Assembly (NCBI GenBank): GCA_964552395.1
Contig: CAZKGM010000003.1
Span: forward strand, 50,030-114,029
Source: an uncultured Thermoanaerobaculia bacterium
GTDB lineage: Bacteria > Acidobacteriota > Thermoanaerobaculia > Thermoanaerobaculales > Sulfomarinibacteraceae
Length of the DNA stretch: 64,000 bases
Reading direction: 5' to 3'
The notes below the pieces were generated by a model. It made no database searches and was not told the origin of the DNA. It saw nothing but the letters and a program-made list of their open reading frames with translations. Shown piece after piece: positions 54,486 through 64,000 of the stretch. The translations under genes were made by a program, and so were the position numbers. Position 1 is the stretch's first letter; each line of letters starts with the position of its first letter.

Positions 54486-56612
54486 TCACTCGACCCCCAG
54501 CGGTCGCAGTCTCTTGAACGCCCACTTCGTCCGCAACCGGTTCCCGTAGCGGGCGATGCTCCCCGGCGGTTTGGCGGACGCCTTCGACCTCCAGTCCTTC
54601 TCGAACAGGAAGTCCAGAATGTGGATCGCCGGCTTGCCGGTGCCGGCGATCGCCATCCGACAGCCGGCGCAGTAGGTCACCTGAGGCAGCGCGGACTCCG
54701 CCGCCCGCCGCCGGCTCACGGCCTGCGAGAGCTCCGGATCCACCGGGTAGATCATGCCTCCGAAGCCGCAGCAGCGGGCCAGCTCACCGTTGTACTCGAT
54801 GTCGTCGACCCCGCCGCCGCCCGCCTCGATCAGAGTACGGACCGCTTGGTGAAGATCCGGCTCGTGGCGCGCCTTGCACGAGTCGTGGACCGAGACGACT
54901 TCTCCCTCCCGTCTCCGCGGCGGCTCCCACCTCCCGGCCAGCAGCTCCCACACCGTCGTCACCGCGAGCTCGGGAAAGCTCTCCTTCAAGGTATGGGCGC
55001 AGTCGGGGCAGGCGGCGACCAGCTCTTCCGCACCGACCTTCTCGGCCGCCTCCAGGATCCCTCGCCGCGTCTGTTCAAACTCCTCCTCCATCCCGAGCAG
55101 CTCCACCGGCGCGCCGCAGCAGTACATGAGAACGCCCGTTCCGGGGTAGCTCCGCCGCAGCTCGTCATACATGGTGATCGTGTGGCGCGGCGCGACCGCC
55201 GGCAGGGCGCAGCCGGTGAAGAACAGCCGCTTCGCCCGTCTCCTGCCCGGCTCGGCCATTGCCAGCGTGAACATCGAGCCGACTCCGGCCTTCCAGTAGC
55301 TCACGATCCCCTTGTGCACGGGCAGCGGGCCGACACCCTCCTCGACCGCTCGGCGCCGCGCCTCAATCAGTAGCCGCCCGGTGTCGAGGTCCTCCGGGCA
55401 CACTGCGGCGCACAGGGAACAGACGTTACAGGAGTACGCCATCTTCACCGTCTCGGGCACCTCGAGACCGGCCATGATGCGTCGTGCGATGTCCTTCGGC
55501 GAGCTGCAGTACTTGGCGAGGAATTCGCAGTCCTTGACGCACAGACCACACTCGCAATCAAGGCACCGGGCGGCTTCCTCGAGGGCCTCCTCCTCAGTCA
55601 GCGGCGGGTTGGCAGGGACCAGCATCATCGGGGTCCGCTCGCGCCTCTTGCGCTCCTCCTCGGTGACCTCCAACGTCCACAGCAGGCGATCCGGTAGCAG
55701 CTGCTCGCGATCGGCCCTGAGGTCTCGGCCGCTCAGAAAGCGGTCCACAGACTCCGCCGCCCGGCGCCCCAGCGCCAGCGAGTAGATCACCGTCGCGGGC
55801 CCGCTGACGGCGTCGCCGCCGGCGAAAACACCCGCCATTGGGGTCTCACAGGTCAGGGGGTCCACAGCCAGGAGCCCACGCGGGGTGGTGCCTTCGGCGC
55901 CCCGGCGCATCATCACGCACGCCCCGGCAAAACCCACCAGCAGCAGCACCGCGGCATAGTCACGGCGCAGCTCATCGAGGGTGATGTCGCGCCCGACCTC
56001 GACCCCGGTGCGCACCTCGATGCCGAGCGCGGCGACGACCGACAGGTCGCGCTCCACGACGCTTCTCGGCAGGCGCCAGGCCGGGATCTTGGCAACCAGG
56101 CAGCCGCCGATCTCCTGCTCTCGCTCGAAGACCGTGACCCCGAACCCCTTCCTGCGCAGGTCATACGCTGCCAGCAGGCCCGCCGGGCCGGCGCCCACGA
56201 CCGCCACCCGCTGCCCACGGTCCGGCTCGCAGTCGATCACGTGCTGCGGCTCCCCCGTCTCCCACTCGGCCAGGAACCTCTTGATATCGCGGACACGGAC
56301 CGCTTCGTCCTCGTCAATCCGCTTGCAGTGCAGCTCGCACGGATGGGCGCAGACATACCCCAGAACCCCGGGAAACGGCAGGCGCTCCCGCACCAGCTGC
56401 AGGGCCTCGCGGAACCGACCCTCACGGGTCAGCTGGACGTAGCCCCGAGCATCCACGTGCAGCGGGCAACGTCCGACGCAGTTGGCGGGCCCCTCGCCGC
56501 GACACCGCTCGAGCAGATCGCTCGCCAGCCACTCCAGGCTCCCGACATCGTGCCTGGTACCACCGACAACCCCGAGGGCCGATCCTTCCAGACGGTCCGC
56601 TGGTTCTGCCAT
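54486..56612 (-). CDS. GltD-like FAD/FeS oxidoreductase fused to 2x[4Fe-4S] and two CCG domains
   Basis: CVGRCP and GYVCAHPCE, VGAGPAG, FAGGD, CLDCECGLCVKDC, CNVCSLCAAVCP, FTGC/CCG/CPDC and HDSC/CCGFGG/YCAGC. Confidence 0.88.
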   Translation of the reverse strand: MAEPADRLEGSALGVVGGTRHDVGSLEWLASDLLERCRGEGPANCVGRCPLHVDARGYVQLTREGRFREALQLVRERLPFPGVLGYVCAHPCELHCKRIDEDEAVRVRDIKRFLAEWETGEPQHVIDCEPDRGQRVAVVGAGPAGLLAAYDLRRKGFGVTVFEREQEIGGCLVAKIPAWRLPRSVVERDLSVVAALGIEVRTGVEVGRDITLDELRRDYAAVLLLVGFAGACVMMRRGAEGTTPRGLLAVDPLTCETPMAGVFAGGDAVSGPATVIYSLALGRRAAESVDRFLSGRDLRADREQLLPDRLLWTLEVTEEERKRRERTPMMLVPANPPLTEEEALEEAARCLDCECGLCVKDCEFLAKYCSSPKDIARRIMAGLEVPETVKMAYSCNVCSLCAAVCPEDLDTGRLLIEARRRAVEEGVGPLPVHKGIVSYWKAGVGSMFTLAMAEPGRRRAKRLFFTGCALPAVAPRHTITMYDELRRSYPGTGVLMYCCGAPVELLGMEEEFEQTRRGILEAAEKVGAEELVAACPDCAHTLKESFPELAVTTVWELLAGRWEPPRRREGEVVSVHDSCKARHEPDLHQAVRTLIEAGGGGVDDIEYNGELARCCGFGGMIYPVDPELSQAVSRRRAAESALPQVTYCAGCRMAIAGTGKPAIHILDFLFEKDWRSKASAKPPGSIARYGNRLRTKWAFKRLRPLGVE

Positions 56613-56709
56613 ACGCTACCTCCGCCTTGCCGCCGGCCGGAGATCGCTCGCCCACGACCCTCGGCGGGCCTCACGCGCCTCTCCGAACCGTTCCGATCCT
56701 CGCCGACCG

Positions 56710-56967
56710 TCACCGATTCGTAACATCATCGGCCACCCGTTCGAAACGTGCGGGTCGGAGCTCGAACTCTCTGCAGGCCACCTCCGGATCCTGAAAGGTG
56801 TTCCGCACCGCGCAGATGCCCGCGCGCCCGCGCGTCGAGCCATAGGACGACGACAGCACGAGGATGCCGGGGAAGCTCCTCTCGAGAGCCGCCGGATCGT
56901 CCTGGAAGTACCTGCACTCAGCACAGGTTCGGCTCTCCTCGACAGCTGAAGGGTGATCTCTGATCAT
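56710..56967 (-). CDS. Small 4-Cys protein (C-X2-C-X33-C-X12-C-X2-F)
   Basis: 85 aa ORF directly after a sigma54 motif, on the same strand as the cluster. Confidence 0.65.
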   Translation of the reverse strand: MIRDHPSAVEESRTCAECRYFQDDPAALERSFPGILVLSSSYGSTRGRAGICAVRNTFQDPEVACREFELRPARFERVADDVTNR

Positions 56968-56990
56968 GCTGCACCACCACCGCCGGGTCA

Positions 56991-57006
56991 TGCAATTGGT
57001 ATGCCC
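56991..57006 (-). promoter_or_regulatory. sigma54 promoter of the flavo-FeS/CCG unit
   Basis: Reverse complement GGGCAT-ACCAA-TTGCA keeps the GG-N10-GC spacing. Confidence 0.7.
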
Positions 57007-57160
57007 GACGACGGGCGACCGCTCTTCCGCGGACGCATCGCGTCACGCAGGGCCGTCAAGGGCCTCGAGCGCCTGCCGACACGACGGCACGATCACCGGC
57101 ATCTCCGGCGCAGCAGCCGCGGGCTCGTGGAAAGTGCCGGTTAGAGGCTCGGCCGGACCT

Positions 57161-58294
57161 CTACGGCTCCTGGCCGGTGGCGAGGCGGCCGATCAGCGGC
57201 ACAAACCAGGCCTCCGTCGGCATCTGGATTTCCCAGCCGTTGACGAAGTACGTCGGCGTGGCGTTGATCCCCAGGTCCTGAGCCAGGGTCAGCTGGCTGT
57301 TGACGGCGGACAGAGATGGTGTGGCGAGATAGCACTTCGAGAAGGCCACTCCGTCAAGGTCATGGGCGGACACGAACCCTTCGGCCGTCGATTCCACCAG
57401 CGAGATCATCATCTGTCCCTGGAGCGAGTAGAACTGCTCCTTGAGCGGGAGCAGAAGGTCGGGGTTCTGGCTCGCGACGCACCAGGCCGCGCTGGCGGCC
57501 CGGAACGACCACGGGTGGATCGTCGTCAAAGGGAAGTTCACCATGCCGTGCCTGACCTTGGCGCCGTACTTCTCCAGCGTCTGGCGGATGATCGGCCACT
57601 TCGCCTTGCACGCTGGGCACTCGAAGTCCGAAAACTCGACGATGTCCACCTGAGCCTTCGGCGACGGGTGGTCCCACATGACGAGACGGCTGCCCTCGAG
57701 CTCCTGCTTGCGGTGGGCTACCGGATCCTGATCGTAGGGAAGGCTGCTGCCGAGCATCAGTAGCTTGCCGTCTGCGGTCATGGCCACGGGCTTTGCGAAC
57801 TGTCCATACCCGGACTGCGCCTCCAGCGTAAACGGAATGAGGGCGCCTGAAGGAACTCCGCCAGCGTCCCAGCTGACCTGAGTACTCATGCGCAGGGAGC
57901 GTCGCATCGCCTCCGGGAGGAAGGTTTCCAGGAACTTCTTCAGTGCCTCCGGTCCGAGCCCGGCCCCCTGCGGCGGAAGGTCGCCGAGGGCGCCGGTCCA
58001 TGCCGTTCCGGCGACCTCGTCGATCAACCAGGAGCTGACTCCCGACAGGTAGCGATCTCCACAGTCGCGTTTGACCTCCACGACCCGATAACTACCCGAC
58101 GGCGTCTGGTGCCGCTCGTCCTTGACGATGGTGAAGGTGGAGTCCGGGTACCACGGCAGGGCTCGCTCGACCCAGTGCAGGAACTTGTAGTCCTGCTTCG
58201 GCACCTGAGCAGGAGCGGTTTCCGCCGCTGCAGCAGCTCCCACCGCGCCCAGCACGAACATGACGGCCACCACCCAAATGCGTCTCGCTCTCAT
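57161..58294 (-). CDS. Exported DsbA/thioredoxin-domain protein
   Basis: Signal peptide, VEFSDFECPACK, NFPL...HPWS..AA, GINATPTYFVNG. Confidence 0.88.
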   Translation of the reverse strand: MRARRIWVVAVMFVLGAVGAAAAAETAPAQVPKQDYKFLHWVERALPWYPDSTFTIVKDERHQTPSGSYRVVEVKRDCGDRYLSGVSSWLIDEVAGTAWTGALGDLPPQGAGLGPEALKKFLETFLPEAMRRSLRMSTQVSWDAGGVPSGALIPFTLEAQSGYGQFAKPVAMTADGKLLMLGSSLPYDQDPVAHRKQELEGSRLVMWDHPSPKAQVDIVEFSDFECPACKAKWPIIRQTLEKYGAKVRHGMVNFPLTTIHPWSFRAASAAWCVASQNPDLLLPLKEQFYSLQGQMMISLVESTAEGFVSAHDLDGVAFSKCYLATPSLSAVNSQLTLAQDLGINATPTYFVNGWEIQMPTEAWFVPLIGRLATGQEP

Positions 58295-58310
58295 ATCGTC
58301 CCCTCCGCGC

Positions 58311-59321
58311 TCAGTCTAGCAGCACCACGAGCTTGCCGATGCTCGCCCGCCCCTGGAGCGCGGCGTGAGCGTCGGGCAGTTGCTGGAACCGGAAACGTTC
58401 GCCGATCACGACCCGCAGGTGTCCGGTCCGGCGCGCCTCGAGAAGACGCTCGTGGCGCTCGCGCAGCTGTCCGGCAAGAGTCGGCACCAGCGACAGGTTG
58501 AAACCTGCCAGGGTCCGCGTTCCCGAGACCAGCGACATCGGGTGGATGACCCCCATCGCCAGCCACTCCCTCGCCGCCCCCAGCCAGCGGATCCGCCGCC
58601 GGCCGGCGGCCGCCGAGAAGCCGTACAGAACATAGCGGCCGTCGCCGGCGAGAAGCCGCCAGGCGTGACGGAAGACCCTGCCGCCGACCGAATCGAGAAC
58701 CAGGTCGAGCCCGCCCCACTCATCGGCGACCTCGGCCCACCCGTCGTAGCCGACTGCTGCCTCGGCGCCGAGCTCGAGCGCGAGGCCGCGCTTGCGGTCG
58801 GTGGAGGCCACCGCCAGCACCCGCGCGCCCCGCGCCCGGGCCAGCTGCAGGACCATCGTCCCGACGCCGCCGGCGGCGGCGGTGACGAGCACACGCTCGC
58901 CCGCCCGCACCCGCCCCACGACGGTGAGCGCCCAGTCGGCCGTCAGCCCGGTCACCGCCAGGCCCGCCGCCTCGTCCCACTCCATGTCCTCAGGCATCGG
59001 CGCAACGTGGGTCGCCGGCACCGCGACCAGCTCGGCGTGGCCGCCGAAGATGGGTACCGCGAGCACACGCTCGCCCACTCGAAAGCCGCCGACGGCGCCG
59101 CCGAGCGCCGCCACCTCGCCGGCGACCTCCATGCCGGGCACGAACGGCGGCCGCGGTGTGTTCGGGTAGACGCCGAGGCGGGCCATGCAGTCCGCGAAGT
59201 TGAGGCCGATGGCGCGAACCCGCACGAGGACCTCGCCGGCGCCCGGAACCGGGTCATCGACCTCGGCAAGCTTGAGTGCATCCGGCGGACCGAGTCGGCG
59301 GACGACCCAGGCGCGCATCAA
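58311..59321 (-). CDS. MDR-family NAD(P)H quinone oxidoreductase (VAT-1/Qor-like)
   Basis: GLNFAD, PGMEVAG, TAAAGGVG, LDSVGG, IGKLVV. Confidence 0.9.
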   Translation of the reverse strand: MMRAWVVRRLGPPDALKLAEVDDPVPGAGEVLVRVRAIGLNFADCMARLGVYPNTPRPPFVPGMEVAGEVAALGGAVGGFRVGERVLAVPIFGGHAELVAVPATHVAPMPEDMEWDEAAGLAVTGLTADWALTVVGRVRAGERVLVTAAAGGVGTMVLQLARARGARVLAVASTDRKRGLALELGAEAAVGYDGWAEVADEWGGLDLVLDSVGGRVFRHAWRLLAGDGRYVLYGFSAAAGRRRIRWLGAAREWLAMGVIHPMSLVSGTRTLAGFNLSLVPTLAGQLRERHERLLEARRTGHLRVVIGERFRFQQLPDAHAALQGRASIGKLVVLLD

Positions 59322-59377
59322 TCAGAAACGGTCACGGACCGACCGCGACCCGGGAGCGCCCGCCTCATAGCCACCGC

Positions 59378-60403
59378 CTACGCCTCGCCTTCCTCCTGCA
59401 CGGCGGTACGGATCAGCCCCAGCGCTTCTCGCAGCTTGAGCTCGATCTCGCCGCTCACCTCCTCGTTTTCGGCGAGAAAGACGCGAGCCGCCTCGCGACC
59501 CTGGCCGAGGCGGGTCTCGCCGTACGAGTACCAGGAGCCGGACTTCTGGACCAGGCGGTGCTCCACCCCGAGGTCCAGCAGCTCGCCGGTGCGGGAGATG
59601 CCCTCGCCGTACATGATGTCGAACTCGGCGAAGCGGAACGGCGCTGCGACCTTGTTCTTCACCACCTTGGCCTTGGTGCGGTTGCCGATCACCTCCTCGC
59701 CCTGCTTGATCGAGGCGATTCGCCGGATGTCGACCCGTACCGACGCGTAGAACTTGAGCGCGCGGCCGCCGCTGGTGGTCTCCGGGTTGCCGAACATCAC
59801 GCCGATCTTCATCCGCACCTGGTTGATGAACACCAGGCAGGTCTTGGACTTGGACACGATGCCCGCGAGCTTGCGCAACGCCTGCGACATCAGCCGCGCC
59901 TGCAGACCCATTTGCGCATCGCCCATGTCGCCCTCGAGCTCGGCCCGCGGCACCAGCGCCGCCACCGAGTCGACCACGATAACGTCCACCGAGCCCGAGC
60001 GGATCAACGTCTCGGCAATCTCCAGGCCCTGCTCACCGTAGTCCGGCTGCGACACCAGCAGGTCGTCGAGGTTGACGCCGAGCTTCTCGGCGTACTCGGG
60101 GTCGAGGGCGTGCTCGGCATCGATGAACGCGGCGAGCCCACCGGTGGCCTGTGCGTTGGCGATGATGTGGAGCGCCAGCGTCGTCTTACCCGACGACTCG
60201 GGCCCGAAGATCTCCACGACGCGGCCGCGCGGCACGCCGCCGACGCCGAGCGCGGCGTCGAGCGCGATCGAGCCGGACGGGATGACGTTGACGCGGATTG
60301 CGGGCTGCTCGCCGAGACGCATGATCGAGCCCTTGCCGAACTGGCGCTCGATCTGTCCGATCGCTGTCTCCAATGCCTTCATCTTCTCAGGGTTCGAACT
60401 CAT
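59378..60403 (-). CDS. recA: Recombinase A
   Basis: [50 protein letters not shown]. Confidence 0.99.
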   Translation of the reverse strand: MSSNPEKMKALETAIGQIERQFGKGSIMRLGEQPAIRVNVIPSGSIALDAALGVGGVPRGRVVEIFGPESSGKTTLALHIIANAQATGGLAAFIDAEHALDPEYAEKLGVNLDDLLVSQPDYGEQGLEIAETLIRSGSVDVIVVDSVAALVPRAELEGDMGDAQMGLQARLMSQALRKLAGIVSKSKTCLVFINQVRMKIGVMFGNPETTSGGRALKFYASVRVDIRRIASIKQGEEVIGNRTKAKVVKNKVAAPFRFAEFDIMYGEGISRTGELLDLGVEHRLVQKSGSWYSYGETRLGQGREAARVFLAENEEVSGEIELKLREALGLIRTAVQEEGEA

Positions 60404-60448
60404 GAGATCACTCCTCCTGCGAGACCCGCAGCATGGTGGGACCAACCC

Positions 60449-60477
60449 ATCGTAGGGCTCGCCGCACGGGTCGTCAA
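60449..60477 (-). promoter_or_regulatory. sigma70 promoter of recA
   Basis: Reverse complement TTGACG-17 bp-TACGAT. Confidence 0.7.
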
Positions 60478-60503
60478 GGGCGAACGGTACCGACCTCCTG
60501 CGG

Positions 60504-62726
60504 TCACTTTCCGTCCGGTACCGGCCGGAAGTGGACGCTCAGGAGGAAGACACCGAGATCACGGGTGTCGGTGCCGGCGCCCTCGCGCGCCGGGTTGAAG
60601 GTGTCGGTGTCGATCCGGATGGGCACGCCGTCCGGCAAGGCGTCACCGGAACGGATCCTGACGAGCACGGACCGCGCCCCGTTACCCACGTACAACGGCC
60701 CGGCTACCGGACGGCCGCCGATGGAGATCGTGACCCGCGCCGGCCGCGGGCGCGGCGCCGCCAGCGTGATGTCAAGCGTACCGACGCAGGCCGGCACGCG
60801 CAGGATGGCGTGCGGCTGCAGCCAGCAGCCGCGGCCGATGTCCGGAATGGTCTCCGGTCCGTACGCTTCGTCGAGCGCAATCGCCAACCGGTCCCGTTCG
60901 TGGGCGTCGGCCACCGGCCCGCCCCAGGCGACGTTGGGACCCACCGTGTTGACATGGAACACCTCGATCGCCAGGGGACGTTCGTCTCCGCCGCCCGGCG
61001 GGTAGACCGCCGATCGCCGGAAGGTGAGCCGGTTGGAACCGTCCGCCCGGAAGAGACGGGGCTCGAGCCACAGCAGCGAGCGGGGCTCCCGGCCGCCGAT
61101 CTTGCGCGCAGCAGTGCCGTTGACATCGAGGATCAAGGGGGCATCACCCGAAGCAGGCCGCAGGTCCACGGCAACCCGCGTGGACGCCGGCAGCGGCGGC
61201 AGCTCGAGCTCCGAGCCCGCGGTCCCCCACATGAACCGCACCCCGGAACGGGTCTCCTCCGGCGTCCACCAGCCGCGCACCGGCAGCGGCGGATTCTCGA
61301 TCACAGCCGCATCCAGGAACCGCCCCTGGGTCAACGGGATCAGGGCAGGGCTCACGCCCCCCCACTCGGTCTGCTGCCCCGCTATCGAGCCCAAGTACCA
61401 GTCCGGGTGGTTGGTTGCCACCAGGTACGGTCCCGTCACGCCGGCCCACGGCTCGGGCGCCGACGGCGACAGCACTAACGCCGGCTTGTCGGGCTGGGCG
61501 CCGCCGCCGGCCAGGAACCACCGGTAGCTCGCGAACGGGTACAGGCCGGCCTCCAAGACCACCGTCTCTCCGTTCTTGTCGGCCTGTCGGAACGCCGCTT
61601 TGACGGCAGCCCACCCCGGCAGCTCGGTAGCGTGCTGCTCGGCCAGCAGCGGGTACGATCCGACGCCGGCGGCCAGCGCCAGGGCCAACAGGCCGCCGAC
61701 GGCTACCGCCGGCACCGTCGCCGCGGCTGCTCCTCCAGCCACCAGCGGCGCCAGCGCCAACTGCACCGGCACCGCATAGCGCGGGTAGGTCCGGTTCTGG
61801 AGGAAAAACAGCTCCCCGACCGTGACGCCCAGCACCAGCAGCCACAGCACCACCCCTGCACGGCTGACCCGGCGTGCCCAGACGACCAGCCCGAGCCCGG
61901 CCAGGAGCGCCAGCGAGAGCGCCCAGAACGCTCCTCCGACGCCGGTGATCAGGCCCAGGCCGGCCACGGCCTCCGGGTTGTCGGCCAGGTTCGAGAAGTG
62001 TCGCTCGGCGTGCGCCGCGAACGCGGCGGTGAACGACGCCCAGCCGCCCTGCGCCGCCACCATCGCCGCCACCGCGACGACGATCAGCAGTGCCGCCAGG
62101 ACGACACCTGGCAGCAGCCGCCGCCGCGGCCGCACCGTCCAGGCGCCGCCCAGCCACAGCAGCCCGAGCCCCGGCAGCAGAATCGGCCTCACCAGGAACG
62201 CGGCGCACACCAGGAGCGTGAACCAGGTCGTCCGGCGGCCGGCCAGCCCAGCCGCCAGCAGCGCCGCCGCGGCCAGCGCGAACGTCGTCGCCGGCGTTGA
62301 CGAGAAGCCGCGCACCGCGTGCAGCCACGGGCCGGGCAGCACCATCACGAGCAACGCGGCCGCCGCCGCCACCACCGGCGGCGCCACCCGCCGGCCCAGG
62401 GAGGCCAACGGCCACAGCGCCAGGATCGACAGCGCCGCCGACCCCCACTGCAGCGCCTTCAGCGGCTGTCCCGCCAACGGCAGCAACAGGTGGCCGATCG
62501 CCAGCCAGCCCGGGAAGCCTGGCGGGTGCGGGTAGTGGGCGGCCAGGTTGAAGTGGAAGATCCCGCGCGCGAACAGGGTCTCGTCCCACTCCCACGGCCC
62601 GTTGGCGAGCAACCCAAACCGCGACCAGGCAAGGAACCCGACCGCCACCGCCGTCAGCACCCAGTCCAACCACCGCCGCTCGAGGCGGAACAGGAGCAGT
62701 TCGGTTGTCCACTTGGTCGCACGCAT
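60504..62726 (-). CDS. GT-C-like polytopic membrane protein with a C-terminal soluble domain
   Basis: WEWDE...HPPGFPG first loop, about 12 TM, and a C-terminal beta-rich domain (GWW..E...W, RDLG). Confidence 0.65.
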   Translation of the reverse strand: MRATKWTTELLLFRLERRWLDWVLTAVAVGFLAWSRFGLLANGPWEWDETLFARGIFHFNLAAHYPHPPGFPGWLAIGHLLLPLAGQPLKALQWGSAALSILALWPLASLGRRVAPPVVAAAAALLVMVLPGPWLHAVRGFSSTPATTFALAAAALLAAGLAGRRTTWFTLLVCAAFLVRPILLPGLGLLWLGGAWTVRPRRRLLPGVVLAALLIVVAVAAMVAAQGGWASFTAAFAAHAERHFSNLADNPEAVAGLGLITGVGGAFWALSLALLAGLGLVVWARRVSRAGVVLWLLVLGVTVGELFFLQNRTYPRYAVPVQLALAPLVAGGAAAATVPAVAVGGLLALALAAGVGSYPLLAEQHATELPGWAAVKAAFRQADKNGETVVLEAGLYPFASYRWFLAGGGAQPDKPALVLSPSAPEPWAGVTGPYLVATNHPDWYLGSIAGQQTEWGGVSPALIPLTQGRFLDAAVIENPPLPVRGWWTPEETRSGVRFMWGTAGSELELPPLPASTRVAVDLRPASGDAPLILDVNGTAARKIGGREPRSLLWLEPRLFRADGSNRLTFRRSAVYPPGGGDERPLAIEVFHVNTVGPNVAWGGPVADAHERDRLAIALDEAYGPETIPDIGRGCWLQPHAILRVPACVGTLDITLAAPRPRPARVTISIGGRPVAGPLYVGNGARSVLVRIRSGDALPDGVPIRIDTDTFNPAREGAGTDTRDLGVFLLSVHFRPVPDGK

Positions 62727-62953
62727 CTCCCTCTCCCCGACGATGTCACCCCGGAACAGGGTACCGCAGTGGATTCAAGAGACCCGCAGAGGATTTTCCG
62801 GAGCTCCGGCCAACAAACCTCCTCCCCTTCTTGGTCATCCTGAGCACCACTACGCCGCATCGCGGCGGTGGCAAAGGCACGAACTGCGGTCATGCGTCTC
62901 CGCTTGGCTCAGGTGGTCTCCGTGCACACGTACCCCCTGTGGAGCAGTGAGTA

Positions 62954-63103
62954 CACCGCGAAGACGCAAAGAGCGCAAAGATAAGAAGAGAAGAATACCT
63001 TCTTAGCGGGCTTGGCGTACTTGGCGCCTTTGCGGTTTTCAATCAAGCCCCATCGACGTCCAAGGCGATACTTGAAGACAACAAACCTGACCGAAGGAGA
63101 CAG
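62954..63103. repeat. Dispersed ~145 bp REP-like element, copy 2
   Basis: Aligns with 17266-17408, including CTTAGCG.GCTTGGCGTACTTGGCG and the AACCTGA.CGAAGGAGACAG tail. Confidence 0.8.
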
Positions 63104-63729
63104 TCGGGACCGAGGTCGTGCCAACTGCTGAGAAGGCCAACAGTTCCAGGCGATGCAGAGTGTCAGTTCTTTGGGAGCGCAAGCGAGTAAGGATGACAAT
63201 TGGGCCACGTATCAGCGGTTGCTGGGACCTACTCGGTGACCCTACCTGGAGACTGTCCTTTGAGGCTCCGGCGGCCGCGCGGTCCAAAGCGACCGCCCGT
63301 CTCGCGTCTCCGGCGGTCACGAGGCAGTGAGTGGGGATGATCGACTCGGCGGCGACCGCCGGAGCCTGCTCGAGCCGCCTCTTCCAATCGGGTGACCAAT
63401 GCTCTGATCGCCAAGGGCCGTGGGAGCCCGGCATTCTCTGTGGATCCGGCGCCCGGACGTCTGCTCTGCAGACGCCCGTCGTCACCTACCTCGGAGCGGG
63501 CGAGGATCTCCGTCGGTTCAGCGCTCTCACGGCCCGCTCCGGGCAGTCAACGAGGCGCCTCCGTCGTGGCTGTAGCCACACGGGCGAACGCCCTTCCCGC
63601 GGGTTGCCAAGCTCGAGGTTTCCCGCCGGCGCGCCGACACAGAGAACGCACTCCAGGAAACCTCGAAGCATGGCACGCCCCGCCCAACGCACCATGCTCT
63701 GGAGCGCGCGACGCCCCCGGTCTGCCGGT

Positions 63730-63916
63730 GGGGGGGGGGTCTATCTTCTATCCCCTTTCTTCTATCTTCCCGGGTGGGTGGGGGTCCCCGTACTCCTTAC
63801 CCTTCACTCCTCACCTTCTTGGGTGGGGGGCGTTTTCCGTTTCCCGTTTGCCATCTTTTCGGGCGGACGGGGGCCTCCGTCACTCCGTCACTCCGTCACT
63901 TCCTCACTCCGTCACT
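63730..63916. repeat. G-run-punctuated short tandem repeat tract
   Basis: G10, then TCTATCT-like heptamers (63740-63767), GGGTGGGTGGGG, TTTCCCG-like heptamers, and CCGTCACT x5 with one variant unit (63877-63916). Confidence 0.8.
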
Positions 63917-64000
63917 GGCCCGGAGCGTCTCGAGGAGTAGAGCCTGACCCGGCCCGTGGCGTCGTCGGTCACGGAGAGCACCCCTACGGGGACGGCTCCT

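Noticed and set aside
60404-60500. LexA box at the recA promoter
   Set aside because: An imperfect ATGG...CCAT symmetry near +1 matches no SOS box I can name with confidence.
63877-63916. CRISPR-like array
   Set aside because: The 8-bp units are contiguous with no unique spacers, and there are no cas genes.
63039-63940. Short ORFs in the terminal region
   Set aside because: No recognisable motifs or RBS, and they translate through repeats.

Overview
GC-rich bacterial window. The dsr gene order and a repeated YASVIDNRTGDP secreted domain suggest Acidobacteriota, possibly Thermoanaerobaculia (inference). The core is a ~24 kb, entirely minus-strand sulfur-energy supercluster (32.9-57.0 kb). 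It holds dsrA, B, D, L, N and C, a YeiH transporter, a DsrM/K-like pair, an exported rhodanese, a two-component pair, and a HydBC-like/NuoG-like flavo-FeS module with a FAD-CCG subunit. Four of its transcription units start with a sigma54 (-24/-12) motif, and three of these have a perfect GTTAC-N6-GTAAC palindrome 95-138 bp upstream. Elsewhere in the window: a HybA-like FeS protein next to an NrfD membrane anchor fused to a 14-heme cytochrome with an altered OTR-type active site; a TPR-Ser/Thr kinase, a sigma54 activator and a sigma54-driven large secreted protein; MacAB-type efflux genes; surface glycosylation genes; trkAH; recA; a ~145 bp element present in two dispersed copies; and short tandem repeats at the end. 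No rRNA, tRNA, CRISPR array or transposase was recognised. All calls are by eye, without database searches.
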